Shown one piece after another: positions 8,391-16,787 of a DNA stretch of 19,191 nucleotides. Each line of letters starts with the position of its first letter. Position 1 is the first letter of the stretch. Source of the DNA: Kiritimatiellia bacterium. GTDB lineage: Bacteria > Verrucomicrobiota > Kiritimatiellia > JAFGHX01. Below the pieces are notes generated by a model. It worked only from the letters and a program-made list of their open reading frames with translations, ran no database searches and was not told the origin of the DNA. A program made the position numbers and the translations under genes. The DNA lies in contig JAFGHX010000272.1 of the NCBI GenBank assembly GCA_016929905.1, forward strand, positions 1 through 19,191. The letters are read 5' to 3'.

Positions 8391-9434
8391 TTACGTGAAC
8401 ACAACCGGCCGCCCGCTCTTCTGCGACGCATAGGCGGCTTCGATAACGCGCAGCGACGAGACGGCGTTCTCGCCCGTGACGATCAGATCTTCCTTCCCTC
8501 TGACCGCTCTGGCGAAATTCTCGATGAGCCGCATGCCGGCCGTGTGGCTGCCGCGTTCAAGCGGCAGATCCGCCCACTCCCCGCGCCTCAGCCCCTTGAT
8601 CCGCTTGCGGGTGAAGTAACGGACCGTGCCGTCCACCGTGATGGTCCCGTGCGTGCCGTAGAGGCAATCGGGCGTCTTCAGGCCGCCCGGCGTGGCGCTG
8701 CTGCCGAGAAAGGTCCCGATCGCGCCGCCCTTGTAGCGGACCAGTACGCTGAAGTAGTCTTCCACTTCAACCGGCGTGGCGAATGTGTCGTGCTGCGCGT
8801 ACACGCTTTCGGGCTCCAGCCCCAACAGATTTTGGATCGCGTCCAGGTTATGGGAGTAGTTCATCAGCAGCATGCCGCCGCCGGCCGTCTTCTTGCGCGT
8901 ACGCCAGTCGGTCTTGACCCGGTTGGTGTAACCGCCCGTCCAGTAGGAGTCCGCCTTTCTTCTCACATTCACCAGGCTGAATCCGGTCAGCCGGCCCAGC
9001 ACGCCGCGACGCACCAGCGCGGCCGCGATCTCCATGTCCGCCCCGAACCGCTTGCCGAACAACACGCTCAGCAACACCCCTTCCCGGCGGCAGGCGGCGA
9101 TGAACCTCTCGGCATCCCTCACCGTTGTGGCAACCGGCTTGTCCACCAGAACGTGCTTCTTCATTCTTGCCGCCTTGATCCCCAGCGGCACATGCAGGTT
9201 GTGCGGGGTCGAAATGACTACGGCCTCCACCTCTCTGTGGCGAAGCAGAACATCGACATTGTCCGTGTAGACGCCGATCCCGGCCTCATCGGCCAGGTCT
9301 TTCGCCAGATCGAGGCGCACGTCCATCGTCGCGACAACCCGCGCCAGTTTGGTCATGGCGATGCACGTCACAATGCCTTTCTTCGCATTCTCGCCGCAGC
9401 CGATCATGCCGATTCGCAGCGGGTCCATCCTCAT
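8391..9434 (-). CDS. Gfo/Idh/MocA-family NAD(P)-dependent oxidoreductase
   Basis: GGGAGGAG lies 6 nt upstream of the ATG at 9434. The N-terminal Rossmann motif reads LRIGMIGCGENAKKG. A VDKPVATTVRDAERF-type segment (family EKP-like motif) is present, at a family-typical length of 347 aa. Confidence 0.85.
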   Translation of the reverse strand: MRMDPLRIGMIGCGENAKKGIVTCIAMTKLARVVATMDVRLDLAKDLADEAGIGVYTDNVDVLLRHREVEAVVISTPHNLHVPLGIKAARMKKHVLVDKPVATTVRDAERFIAACRREGVLLSVLFGKRFGADMEIAAALVRRGVLGRLTGFSLVNVRRKADSYWTGGYTNRVKTDWRTRKKTAGGGMLLMNYSHNLDAIQNLLGLEPESVYAQHDTFATPVEVEDYFSVLVRYKGGAIGTFLGSSATPGGLKTPDCLYGTHGTITVDGTVRYFTRKRIKGLRRGEWADLPLERGSHTAGMRLIENFARAVRGKEDLIVTGENAVSSLRVIEAAYASQKSGRPVVFT

Positions 9435-9789
9435 GCAGCGCTCCTCCCGACGAATGGCCGTGTGTGGTCTCCTGCATGCAGTCTACCAACCCGGGGAGGA
9501 GGGACCCTTGCAGAATCGCCGGAAAAGGTGTGAGATAGCACGAAACCGGACCGAACGGCCAATCGGCCATGCTACGGCGGCGGCGAGGTAACCCACTCGA
9601 CCGTTGCCCGGTTGGCGCGTGCCATGGCGGCGATGAGCGGCTCGTCAACGCCGCCGCGTTCCGCTACCCTGAAGAACCCGGATGACATGCCGCTCTCCTG
9701 CCCGATGCTCCGCCGATACGCGGGTCCAAGCCGCCAGAGGCACGCTCCTCGCACCCGTGCCCACCCCTCTGCAAAACGCCGGCTGAAAC

Positions 9790-10208
9790 GGGCAGCGCCC
9801 ACCTTGCCATCTGAACCGCCCGGTGTCAATTTCCATGACCCGACACGCCGGCACCGCATCCGTCACCCTCGAATCGTCCTGATCGAGACATACCCAGGCC
9901 CTGCCACGCACAGGCAAATCAGCCAAACCCCCGCCTCTCGGAATCCCCTGTACTGCCAACTCTATGAGCACAATATTCAGGGCGAAGAGGCGGCTTGGTT
10001 CCTGCGCCAACTCCTGCGTCAGATCCGCGGACATCTGATCGTTCTGCTCGACAACGGCAACTGGCTGAAGAGATATGCCGGCTCGCCGCCGCTCCCGCCC
10101 TGCTTCGCGGGTGTGTCTATCCGCCAATCCGAGTTGCCCCCCTTCTTGCCCGGACTGTTGCATTATTCATGCGGACGCAATTGGGATTTCCGCGGATCAA
10201 TCGTCTGA
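9790..10208 (+). pseudogene. Degraded IS630/Tc1-like DDE transposase remnant (C-terminal portion)
   Basis: The plus-frame translation contains ...EEAAWFLRQLLRQIRGHLIVLLDNGNWLKRY...ELPPFLPGLLHYSCGRNW.... This resembles the IS630-family C-terminal segment (F.eFL..L...k.ivlvlDNas.H ... LPPYSPDLNPIE.lW) but is mutated. Upstream the frame becomes Arg-rich nonsense. There is no intact start and no RBS. Confidence 0.4.
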
Positions 10209-10209
10209 A

Positions 10210-10259
10210 GCGGCCTTACAGTTGTATACGTCGATCGACGTATGCAACTGTAAGGCTGC
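10210..10259. repeat. ~50-bp near-perfect palindrome centred on TCGA|TCGA; the core 10214-10255 (CCTTACAGTTGTATACGTCGATCGACGTATGCAACTGTAAGG) has one T/G mismatch pair
   Basis: Reverse-complement comparison was done by eye. The 42-nt core has 41/42 symmetric positions. The single mismatch (T at 10225 against G at 10244) would be a G-U wobble in RNA. Three more symmetric pairs extend the palindrome outward. It starts 2 bp after the stop of the transposase-like frame and lies about 100 bp downstream of the minus-strand operon's last gene. Confidence 0.85.
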
Positions 10260-10361
10260 GGGAGGCGCCCCGCCCTGGAAACAGCACTCTTTCCTTTTCT
10301 CTTGGCCGTCCTTTTCAAGAGCGACGCGAGAGACGTACACTTTGTGGATGCGTCGATCGGC

Positions 10362-12728
10362 TCACTGGAATGCGCGCCCCTCGCAGGTGCCGTATCCGGT
10401 TTCGGAGGGAATCGCGGCGCCGTCCAGTTGCAGCGAGATTGGGCCGTCGGGCGGCAGGTCGATGCGAAGTTCGTGGCCTGCGCCGTGTACGGCGAGTTGA
10501 GCGTCCTGTTCCACGCAGACGTCCGCACCGTTGACGGCGAACACGGCGGCGAATCGCCGCCGGGTTTGAGGCGTGGCGTCCCAGGCCAGGTGATACTGCG
10601 GTGCGTTCTTGAGGTGGTCGCGCGCGGGGTCGTAGTCCTGATGAAACTCCGGGGGCACGCCTTCGTAGACCCCGACGGCGAACGTGTCGGTCACATGACA
10701 CGGGAGATCGCAAGCGGGTGCGGCGAACAGGGCCAGGCTGAGGCTGGCCGGGTCACGGTGCACATGGACGGTTGTGACCGCGAGGCGACCGGGGGCGGTG
10801 TCGGGATGTCGCGCGGCCGGGTGCAGCGCAACCGTACGGCCGCTCTGCGACCGGATACGCGGCGGGCTGAGCGTGTGCAACAGCCACGTACACGAGACGG
10901 GATTTTCTGCATCGATCTGGTCACAAACGACGATCAGCGCGGGCCGGACGAAAAGGATGCGCCGCTTGAACCGCGAGAGGCCGGGATACGCCCGGGTCAC
11001 ATCGAGCCCGGCCAGACACCACTCGCCCCGCTCGCGCAGGAACTCGACGTGCCCGACGGCCGTGTGGCTGTTGACGGGCTGCCCCTCGCCGTTGATCAGC
11101 ACGGTGTTGTGGGCCCGGCTCTGTTTGAGCCAGCCCATCCGGTGCGCCTCGCCGCCGAAATAGCCGCTCGGCGTTATGAGGCCGAGGCCGCGGCTGATGA
11201 TGACGAAACTGCCCTGATCCGCATGCTGATGGCTTGCCGTGCCGTGCCGGCTTGCGCGAGCGAGAACGGCGGTGTCGTCTTCCGGGTGCGCGATGTCGCT
11301 GTGCATGCTCACGAGGCCCACCCCGCGGAAGGCGCGGCTTGGGGACAGGGGCCCGGCCGCGTCCGGCCGGGCCGGTTTGAACGGCAGCCGCAGCACGTCG
11401 AACAGATGCATCTTGTAGATGTCGGGGGTAGCCACGCGCCGGGCGAATTCACGGGCCAGTTCCGGGCCGAACCGCTCGGCGTACACGCCGTACGGGTCCT
11501 GCGCGAAGAAGCCGGGATGTTCGTCGTCTTCCACTCCGATCCAGTAGCCGTCGCCGAACGGGTGGATCTCCCAGCCCGGCGGGGCGAAGTGCACGAAGTA
11601 CTGACTGACCCGGTGGAAGAAGGGATGTTCGAAGAAGCTGAACCCGGAATGCCGCTCGACGGCGAAGAAGAAGGGCTGGAACCACTTCGTGTAGCTGGCC
11701 GCATAGAACGTGCCCTGCGCCCAGCCGCCGTCGGCGTCGCCGAAATGGGGGAAGAGCGAGCCGTAGACGTCGATCGCGTATTGCAGCCATGCCCGGACTT
11801 CGCCGAGCTTGAGATAGCCGTGCAACACCAGGGCCGCCTGTCCGAGATAGGCAGAGAGACGCCCCGGGTGCGAATTGCCGGGATGGCTGAAAAAGTCGAG
11901 ACGGCACAGCCGGCGGAGGGCCTGGCGCGCATAGTGGGCGATGGTATTGCGGATCAGGACGTGCTCGTTCTGGGAATACAGATCGAAAGTCCAGTCGTAG
12001 ACCGGCGCGAGGCACCGGACGTTGCTGAGTCCGATTTCGTCGCCCCACGGCCCGTCGACGGCGCAGGGGCCTTCCGGGTTCCAGTCGCATATTTCGAGCA
12101 GGCATGCGCGGGCGTACTCCGCAGCGCGGGTGTCGTTGAGGAACAGATGTCCGAGCGCGCAGGCCACGAGGTTGCGGTCGACGTACTCGCGGTAACGGCG
12201 AAAGGTCTGCCCGTAGCGGCGGCGTGCCAGGGCCGGCGGCGCGCGGTGGAAGGCGGGTCGAGGGGGTAATCCCTGCGCGACGGCAACGTCGATGTTGCGG
12301 GCGAGGGCCTCGAGCTGCGGCCGGCAGTGCGCGCGGACCCACGGGATGTCCGCGGGATAGTAAACATGCCGCGGGTGGAAGTCCGGCACCTTCGCCAGGA
12401 GCTGATCGGCGGTCGGCACGACACGTTCGATGGCGTCCGATGCCAGCTCGAAGGTGTGCCACCCCCGGCTTCTGTCGCCGGCCCGCACATCCCAGCGGTA
12501 TCGGCCCGGCGCCAGCGGCCGGCGCAGGATCAGATAGTTGTGCGGGACGGTTTCGTCCAGGACGGGCTCGCCGCTATCGCTCTCGACCAGGACCCGGAAT
12601 TCGGAAAGGCTGTCGACAGGGAGCCAATTGAAAGCGGGTGGGTTGACCTCCACGCGGTCTCCGTCGGCCGGCGACGGAAACAGGTCGCCCGGCTGCGTGC
12701 GTTGTTGCGGGAGGGTTCCTTCTTTCAT
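10362..12728 (-). CDS. Heparinase II/III-like family protein (polysaccharide-lyase-like; alpha/alpha-toroid plus beta-sandwich), no signal peptide
   Basis: 788 aa. The GTASHQHADQGSFVII motif matches the conserved H-x-H-x-D-x-G-S-F signature of the heparinase II/III-like domain in the C-terminal third. A long helical N-terminal region precedes it. The start ATG at 12728 overlaps the stop of the upstream acyltransferase gene in an ATGA arrangement. Confidence 0.75.
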   Translation of the reverse strand: MKEGTLPQQRTQPGDLFPSPADGDRVEVNPPAFNWLPVDSLSEFRVLVESDSGEPVLDETVPHNYLILRRPLAPGRYRWDVRAGDRSRGWHTFELASDAIERVVPTADQLLAKVPDFHPRHVYYPADIPWVRAHCRPQLEALARNIDVAVAQGLPPRPAFHRAPPALARRRYGQTFRRYREYVDRNLVACALGHLFLNDTRAAEYARACLLEICDWNPEGPCAVDGPWGDEIGLSNVRCLAPVYDWTFDLYSQNEHVLIRNTIAHYARQALRRLCRLDFFSHPGNSHPGRLSAYLGQAALVLHGYLKLGEVRAWLQYAIDVYGSLFPHFGDADGGWAQGTFYAASYTKWFQPFFFAVERHSGFSFFEHPFFHRVSQYFVHFAPPGWEIHPFGDGYWIGVEDDEHPGFFAQDPYGVYAERFGPELAREFARRVATPDIYKMHLFDVLRLPFKPARPDAAGPLSPSRAFRGVGLVSMHSDIAHPEDDTAVLARASRHGTASHQHADQGSFVIISRGLGLITPSGYFGGEAHRMGWLKQSRAHNTVLINGEGQPVNSHTAVGHVEFLRERGEWCLAGLDVTRAYPGLSRFKRRILFVRPALIVVCDQIDAENPVSCTWLLHTLSPPRIRSQSGRTVALHPAARHPDTAPGRLAVTTVHVHRDPASLSLALFAAPACDLPCHVTDTFAVGVYEGVPPEFHQDYDPARDHLKNAPQYHLAWDATPQTRRRFAAVFAVNGADVCVEQDAQLAVHGAGHELRIDLPPDGPISLQLDGAAIPSETGYGTCEGRAFQ

Positions 12729-13324
12729 GCGTTCGGCTCCATTTGCCGGTGCCAGGCCGGCGGGGCCGCCTCGTCCAGGAGGGCTTGGACGCGCCCGAAC
12801 CAGCGGTACGCGCCCGTCTTCGGGTCAATGGCCCCGATCTGCCGAGCAGGCGTGCCGGCCATGATCGCGTAGTCGCGCGTGCTGCGGGTTACCACGGCGT
12901 TGGCGCAGATCAGGTTGTGCCGGCCGATCCGAACGCCGGGCATGACCACGCAGGCGGCGGCCAGCCAAGTCCCCTCCCCCACGACGATGCGCATCGGCCC
13001 GCCCGGCCTGAAGGACTGCGTCGCCGGATCGAAGACCGGCTGCGTCGTGCAGAGGCAGCAGAGCGGGCCGGTGGCAATGTGGTTCTCGAGAATGACCTCG
13101 CCCTGCACGAGGCTGCGCAGCCCGACAAAGCCGCGTGGGCCGATACGGCCGGCGCCGGAGAGCTGGACGCAGGCGCCGGGCGTCAGATTGACGCCCGGCT
13201 CGTGCCCGAGCACGGCGGCGCGGTTCGTGTTGTCCTCGCGGTTGTCGGACGCCGCACAGAACTGCGTCAGTTTCGCGAACTCGGCACGCGGCACGCGGGT
13301 TCGCGCGGTTGACTTCTTCGGCAT
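12725..13324 (-). CDS. Hexapeptide-repeat (left-handed beta-helix) acyl/acetyltransferase, paralogue 2
   Basis: I placed the start at the ATG at 13324 (MPKKS...), with AAGGAA 5 nt upstream. The ORF-track start at 13612 adds an Arg/His-rich N-terminal extension that is probably spurious. The protein has hexapeptide-type repeats (IGxxxxIxxxVxIG-like: VVGEGTWLAAACVVMPGVRIGRHNLICANAVV) and an N-terminal EFAKLTQFCAASDNREDNTNRA motif shared with the adjacent paralogue. Confidence 0.75.
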   Translation of the reverse strand: MPKKSTARTRVPRAEFAKLTQFCAASDNREDNTNRAAVLGHEPGVNLTPGACVQLSGAGRIGPRGFVGLRSLVQGEVILENHIATGPLCCLCTTQPVFDPATQSFRPGGPMRIVVGEGTWLAAACVVMPGVRIGRHNLICANAVVTRSTRDYAIMAGTPARQIGAIDPKTGAYRWFGRVQALLDEAAPPAWHRQMEPNA

Positions 13325-13878
13325 GCGGATTCCTTGTGGGCTGATGGATTCCAGTGCAGTTCGCCGGTCTGCGGGTCGACCCGGCCCACCTGTCGCGCGG
13401 GGGTTCCGGCCATGATCGCGAACTCGGGCGTATCCTTCGTCACGGTGGCGTTGGGCAGAATGAGGTTCGCGCGGCCGACGCTGACGCCAGCGGTGATGAC
13501 GCACGCGGGCCCGATCCAACTGCCATCGCCAATCGTGATGCGGCCGTAGTAGTCGCCGGAAAAGCGCCGGGTGGTCGAGTCGTAGACATGGTTGTGCGAG
13601 GACATGGAGCAATGCGGTCCGATGGTGACGTTCTCGCCGATGAGGACCTCACCGTTGAGATAGCCGTGCATACCGATCGAGGAGCCGCGCCCGATGCAGC
13701 CGTTCTTTTTCGAGATCCGCACGCAGGTATGCGGGCCGATCCGCACATCGGGCCCGAAGCCCAGGATCTCGGCCCGGTTCCGATTGTCGCGATCGTTGTC
13801 CGATGCGTTGCAATAACGCGTGTACCGCGCGAATTCTGCACGGGTCAGCCCCGTATGCGTTTGCCAGGGTTCTGACAT
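13267..13878 (-). CDS. Hexapeptide-repeat (left-handed beta-helix) acyl/acetyltransferase, paralogue 1
   Basis: Start ATG at 13878 (MSEPWQ...), with GGGAGG 7 nt upstream. It aligns along its length with the downstream paralogue (EFARYTRYCNASDNDRDNRNRA; ITIGDGSWIGPACVITAGVSVGRANLILPNATV). Its 3' end overlaps the next gene by about 58 nt. Confidence 0.75.
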   Translation of the reverse strand: MSEPWQTHTGLTRAEFARYTRYCNASDNDRDNRNRAEILGFGPDVRIGPHTCVRISKKNGCIGRGSSIGMHGYLNGEVLIGENVTIGPHCSMSSHNHVYDSTTRRFSGDYYGRITIGDGSWIGPACVITAGVSVGRANLILPNATVTKDTPEFAIMAGTPARQVGRVDPQTGELHWNPSAHKESACRRSQPREPACRVPSSRN

Positions 13879-13924
13879 CGTTCGGCCTCCCGCCAAGGCA
13901 AGGATGCAAGGACACGCGGCCGGT

Positions 13925-14953
13925 TCAGGTACTGAGCCGGAACCGTTCGACGTTCATGGTGCCCTGGAGCGGCTCGCCGCTGACGAAGCGGCGCAGGTTG
14001 TCGACACAGATCTGCTGGAAATTGTTCAGCTCGGCGGGTTCGGCGCCGCCGGTCGGCCAGGGCGCGCCGCTCACGTTGTGCGCGGTCCAGACGAGGTTCT
14101 CCCACTGCCGCGCTTCGTGCCCTTCGGGCAGGTTGTCCGGTTCGAGCACATCGAGCCCGGCACGCAGCCGGCCGCTGCGCAACTCATCGAACAGCGCGTC
14201 CTGATCGATGATCCCGCCGCGCGCGGTATTCACGATGACGGCATGGTCGGGCAGCATGGCGAGCAAGTCACGCGTCACGGACCCGCGCGTCGCGTCGGTG
14301 AGCCCGGCATGAATGACGACGGCCTTCGAGCGGCGGAACAGCGTCTCGAGGCTGTCAGCGCGCAGGCACCCTTCGGGCAGGTTCCGGACGAACGGATCGT
14401 ACACGAGGAGGGTCGGGCCGAACGGGCGGATCAGGTCGATGAACCGGCGCCCGATCAGGCCGCAGCCGTAGACGCCGACGTCGAGCCGGAAGAGCCGGCC
14501 GCCATATCCGGCGGGATCGAGCTTGCCGCCACCGCGCCGCACGTGTTGGACGCGGGCGTGGATGTCATGCAACATGGCCAGCAGGAGGGCAAGCGCGCCC
14601 TCCGCAACGGACATACCGGCCTCGGGCGTCGGAACGCTCCAGTTCGTGAGCGGGATTCCGCTGCGGACGTGCCGTTCGCCGACAAAGGCGCGCATGCTGC
14701 CGGTCAGGCCGCAGAAGTACTTGAGGCGGCCGGGGTTGTCGGCGACTTCGTCCGGCACGCGGACATGGTGGTGAGCCAGAAGGAGGATATCGGCGCCCCG
14801 GATCAGGCGGGTGAGTTCGGCGTTGTCCAGCTCGTCGCCGTTCTCGACGAACGCCAGATCGGCCAGTTCGGCGACAGCGTTGAGGAACACTTGGGGAAAG
14901 AGCGACTCTTTTCTCTTCCGTTTCGCGATATGCAGCATGGTCGGCCTGTGCAT
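13925..14953 (-). CDS. D-isomer-specific 2-hydroxyacid dehydrogenase family protein (NAD-binding)
   Basis: The GxGxxG motif reads VGVYGCGLIGRRF. The catalytic-domain region ...VIVNTARGGIIDQDALFDELRSGRLRAGLDV... is typical of D-2-hydroxyacid dehydrogenases. The start could be the ATG at 14953 (AAAGGA upstream) or at 14938. The track start at 14980 is less likely. Confidence 0.8.
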   Translation of the reverse strand: MHRPTMLHIAKRKRKESLFPQVFLNAVAELADLAFVENGDELDNAELTRLIRGADILLLAHHHVRVPDEVADNPGRLKYFCGLTGSMRAFVGERHVRSGIPLTNWSVPTPEAGMSVAEGALALLLAMLHDIHARVQHVRRGGGKLDPAGYGGRLFRLDVGVYGCGLIGRRFIDLIRPFGPTLLVYDPFVRNLPEGCLRADSLETLFRRSKAVVIHAGLTDATRGSVTRDLLAMLPDHAVIVNTARGGIIDQDALFDELRSGRLRAGLDVLEPDNLPEGHEARQWENLVWTAHNVSGAPWPTGGAEPAELNNFQQICVDNLRRFVSGEPLQGTMNVERFRLST

Positions 14954-14966
14954 GGGGCTTGTCCTT

Positions 14967-16787
14967 TCACGTGGTCTCAACCCGGCCCGGCCGGCGGCTG
15001 TCGCGATAGTCCAGGACCAGGCGGCCGGTCCGGCCGGCTCCGATCGTGATCACGCCGGCCTCGTCGCTCTGGTTCGCCCACGGGGCGTTCAGGAACGTCG
15101 ATTCGTAGAGCGGCCAGTCGGCGAGTGTGCAGGGCTGGCCGTCGACGGTGATGTTATGGCGGCCGCCGTAGGCGATATGCGTGCCGTTGCAGGCGGTGTA
15201 GGCGATACTCGAATCCGAGTCGAGCCGGGCGGGGTTCGCCTTGACCGCGGACTTGAACGCCTCCCACGAATCGTGTTCGCTTGCCAGGCCGACCTCGAGT
15301 ACACCAACCCCGTTTCGCTCGACGGCGCCGACATAGACGGTTTCGCCGTCGGCGCCGGCCTCGCGGTAGAAGCGGTAGTCGCCATCGGTCTCGGCGTGGC
15401 CGATTCCTTCGCCGGGTGCGGGGATGTCGGGCTTGAGGGCCATGTACGTGTCGGCGTATCCCTTGTACAGAACGACGTTCTCGTGCTGGAACAGCGCCCG
15501 GGCATCGTCGGGTTCCAGCAGGCCGTAGAGTGCGATCGGCTCGCCGGTGTAGCGCTCGGAATCGTCCTGCCGTTTCGCGGCGACGGTGGCGCGCGGGTCG
15601 CGGAAGCCGACCCGCCAAGGCACGGCTCTGCGGAAGGCGCTGCGCTCGCCGTGCTTGGCCTGCCAGGAGTCGGGGCTGAGCGCCCACGACTCGTTTTCGG
15701 GAATAACGAGCGAGCTCAGGACGTAGTGCGGGGTGACGCAGGCGTAGAAGCAGGTGTCCGGCCTGGTTGGGAAGTTCTTGTTGAACTTCCGTCCGCTGCG
15801 GAAAATCATGGTGCCGCGTGTAGCGGGGTCGGCGATTGCCCGGATGACCGCGGGCACGCGGTAGGCCGTGGTGGCATAGTACACGTAGCCGAGCTTCTCG
15901 TCGCAGTTCTGGTAGCGGATCGGCAGCTGGTCGGTGAGCGGGCCGAAGAAGACATAGGCGGCGGGGTGAAAGCAATCGTGCCGCCCGTCGGACAGCTCGG
16001 GGCACGGGAAGCGCGCGGAGGTGATGTTGTTGGCTCGGCGGCAGGCGACACGGCGGAACCCGTTGATGTGCACACAGGCGAACTCGGCGAAGAACTGGTC
16101 CAGGGCCATGCGCGCCCATTCGCGCGTGGCCGGGTCTTCGGCGAAATCGTAGAGGTTGAGCAGCGGGACGGTATCGCGCTCGTTGTAATGCGGCGAGAAG
16201 TATTCGGTGCATCCGTTGGTGGCCTTGTCGAGCGCCCAGTGGTGCACCAGGTAGCGCAGCCTGCGCACGCGTTCCTCATCGCGGGCCGGGCCGGCGAGTT
16301 CTTCGAGCAGGAGCTGATCGGAATAGCGGGTAATGAGCTTGTTCTCGTTATGGTCCGACTCGGGGTCGAGCGTGTAATAGCCGGTGTTCTCGCGCATGCG
16401 CGGCAGGATGTCGCCGACGAGGTGCGTGCGCAGGGTCTCGGCGGCGCCGCTGTCGATGAACCGGCGGTTGTCTTTCAGCAGATGATAGACCCGGTTCAAC
16501 ATGAGCGGACCCCATTGATAGAAAGCCGCGCCCGGCGTCAGGACTTTCGGGTCGCCGCCGCGTGCCTCGCGGACGTTTGCGGCCTGTGGGGTGTTTGCCA
16601 GCAGGTTCCGGAACCATTCCACCGCCTCTTCGACACCGACGTTCTTCACCAGCGAGGCGGTGTATTTCTGGAAGGCGGACCGCCACGGGACTTTGGTATC
16701 GGTCGGTATGGCGGTGAGCATATCCAGAATTTCGGCTTGGCGCTGTTCGACAGTTGTGACAGGCGTCTCTATCGCGGCTGCGCTCAT
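14967..16787 (-). CDS. Conserved hypothetical protein, 606 aa, paralogue B. Family not recognised; possibly distantly heparinase II/III-like. No signal peptide.
   Basis: The RBS-like GAAGGAG lies 7 nt upstream of the ATG at 16787, which overlaps the stop of the upstream gene as ATGA. It shares blocks with the neighbouring paralogue A: SPHYNERDTVPLLNLYDFAEDPATREWARMALD vs SPHYLDRSFLPLLNLCDYAEDAELRLWARMAID; YYATTAYRVPAVIRAIAD vs AFLATTAYRPPRVACLIAD; VYVGAVERNGVGVLEVGLASEHDSWEAFKSAVK vs VYVGRTHFPAAAAGILEVGMASEYAGFQAFVDAVK. A GIGHAETDGDY segment loosely resembles the HxHxDxGSF lyase motif. Confidence 0.75.
   Translation of the reverse strand: MSAAAIETPVTTVEQRQAEILDMLTAIPTDTKVPWRSAFQKYTASLVKNVGVEEAVEWFRNLLANTPQAANVREARGGDPKVLTPGAAFYQWGPLMLNRVYHLLKDNRRFIDSGAAETLRTHLVGDILPRMRENTGYYTLDPESDHNENKLITRYSDQLLLEELAGPARDEERVRRLRYLVHHWALDKATNGCTEYFSPHYNERDTVPLLNLYDFAEDPATREWARMALDQFFAEFACVHINGFRRVACRRANNITSARFPCPELSDGRHDCFHPAAYVFFGPLTDQLPIRYQNCDEKLGYVYYATTAYRVPAVIRAIADPATRGTMIFRSGRKFNKNFPTRPDTCFYACVTPHYVLSSLVIPENESWALSPDSWQAKHGERSAFRRAVPWRVGFRDPRATVAAKRQDDSERYTGEPIALYGLLEPDDARALFQHENVVLYKGYADTYMALKPDIPAPGEGIGHAETDGDYRFYREAGADGETVYVGAVERNGVGVLEVGLASEHDSWEAFKSAVKANPARLDSDSSIAYTACNGTHIAYGGRHNITVDGQPCTLADWPLYESTFLNAPWANQSDEAGVITIGAGRTGRLVLDYRDSRRPGRVETT

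Noticed and set aside
9612-10208. 198-aa plus ORF, and the 172-aa minus ORF 9645..10163, in the region between operons
   Set aside because: Only the C-terminal ~90 codons of the plus frame resemble an IS630-type transposase. The rest is Arg/Pro-rich with no start context, so the region is called a pseudogene remnant rather than an intact CDS. The minus ORF shows no recognisable features.
10302-12269. 655-aa plus-strand ORF, and the ORFs at 11449..12462(-) and 11309..11932(-), overlapping the heparinase-like gene
   Set aside because: These are off-frame or antisense shadows with Arg/Ala/Gly/Pro-dominated composition. The 10362..12728 minus frame carries the conserved HxHxDxGSF motif.
12725-13612. 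Longer N-terminal extension of acyltransferase paralogue 2 (track start at 13612, 295 aa)
   Set aside because: The extra 96 residues are His/Arg/Trp-rich (RPHHDWRWQLDRARVRHHRWRQRRP) and would overlap most of the upstream paralogue. The ATG at 13324 aligns with the N-terminus of the paralogue and has an upstream AAGGAA.
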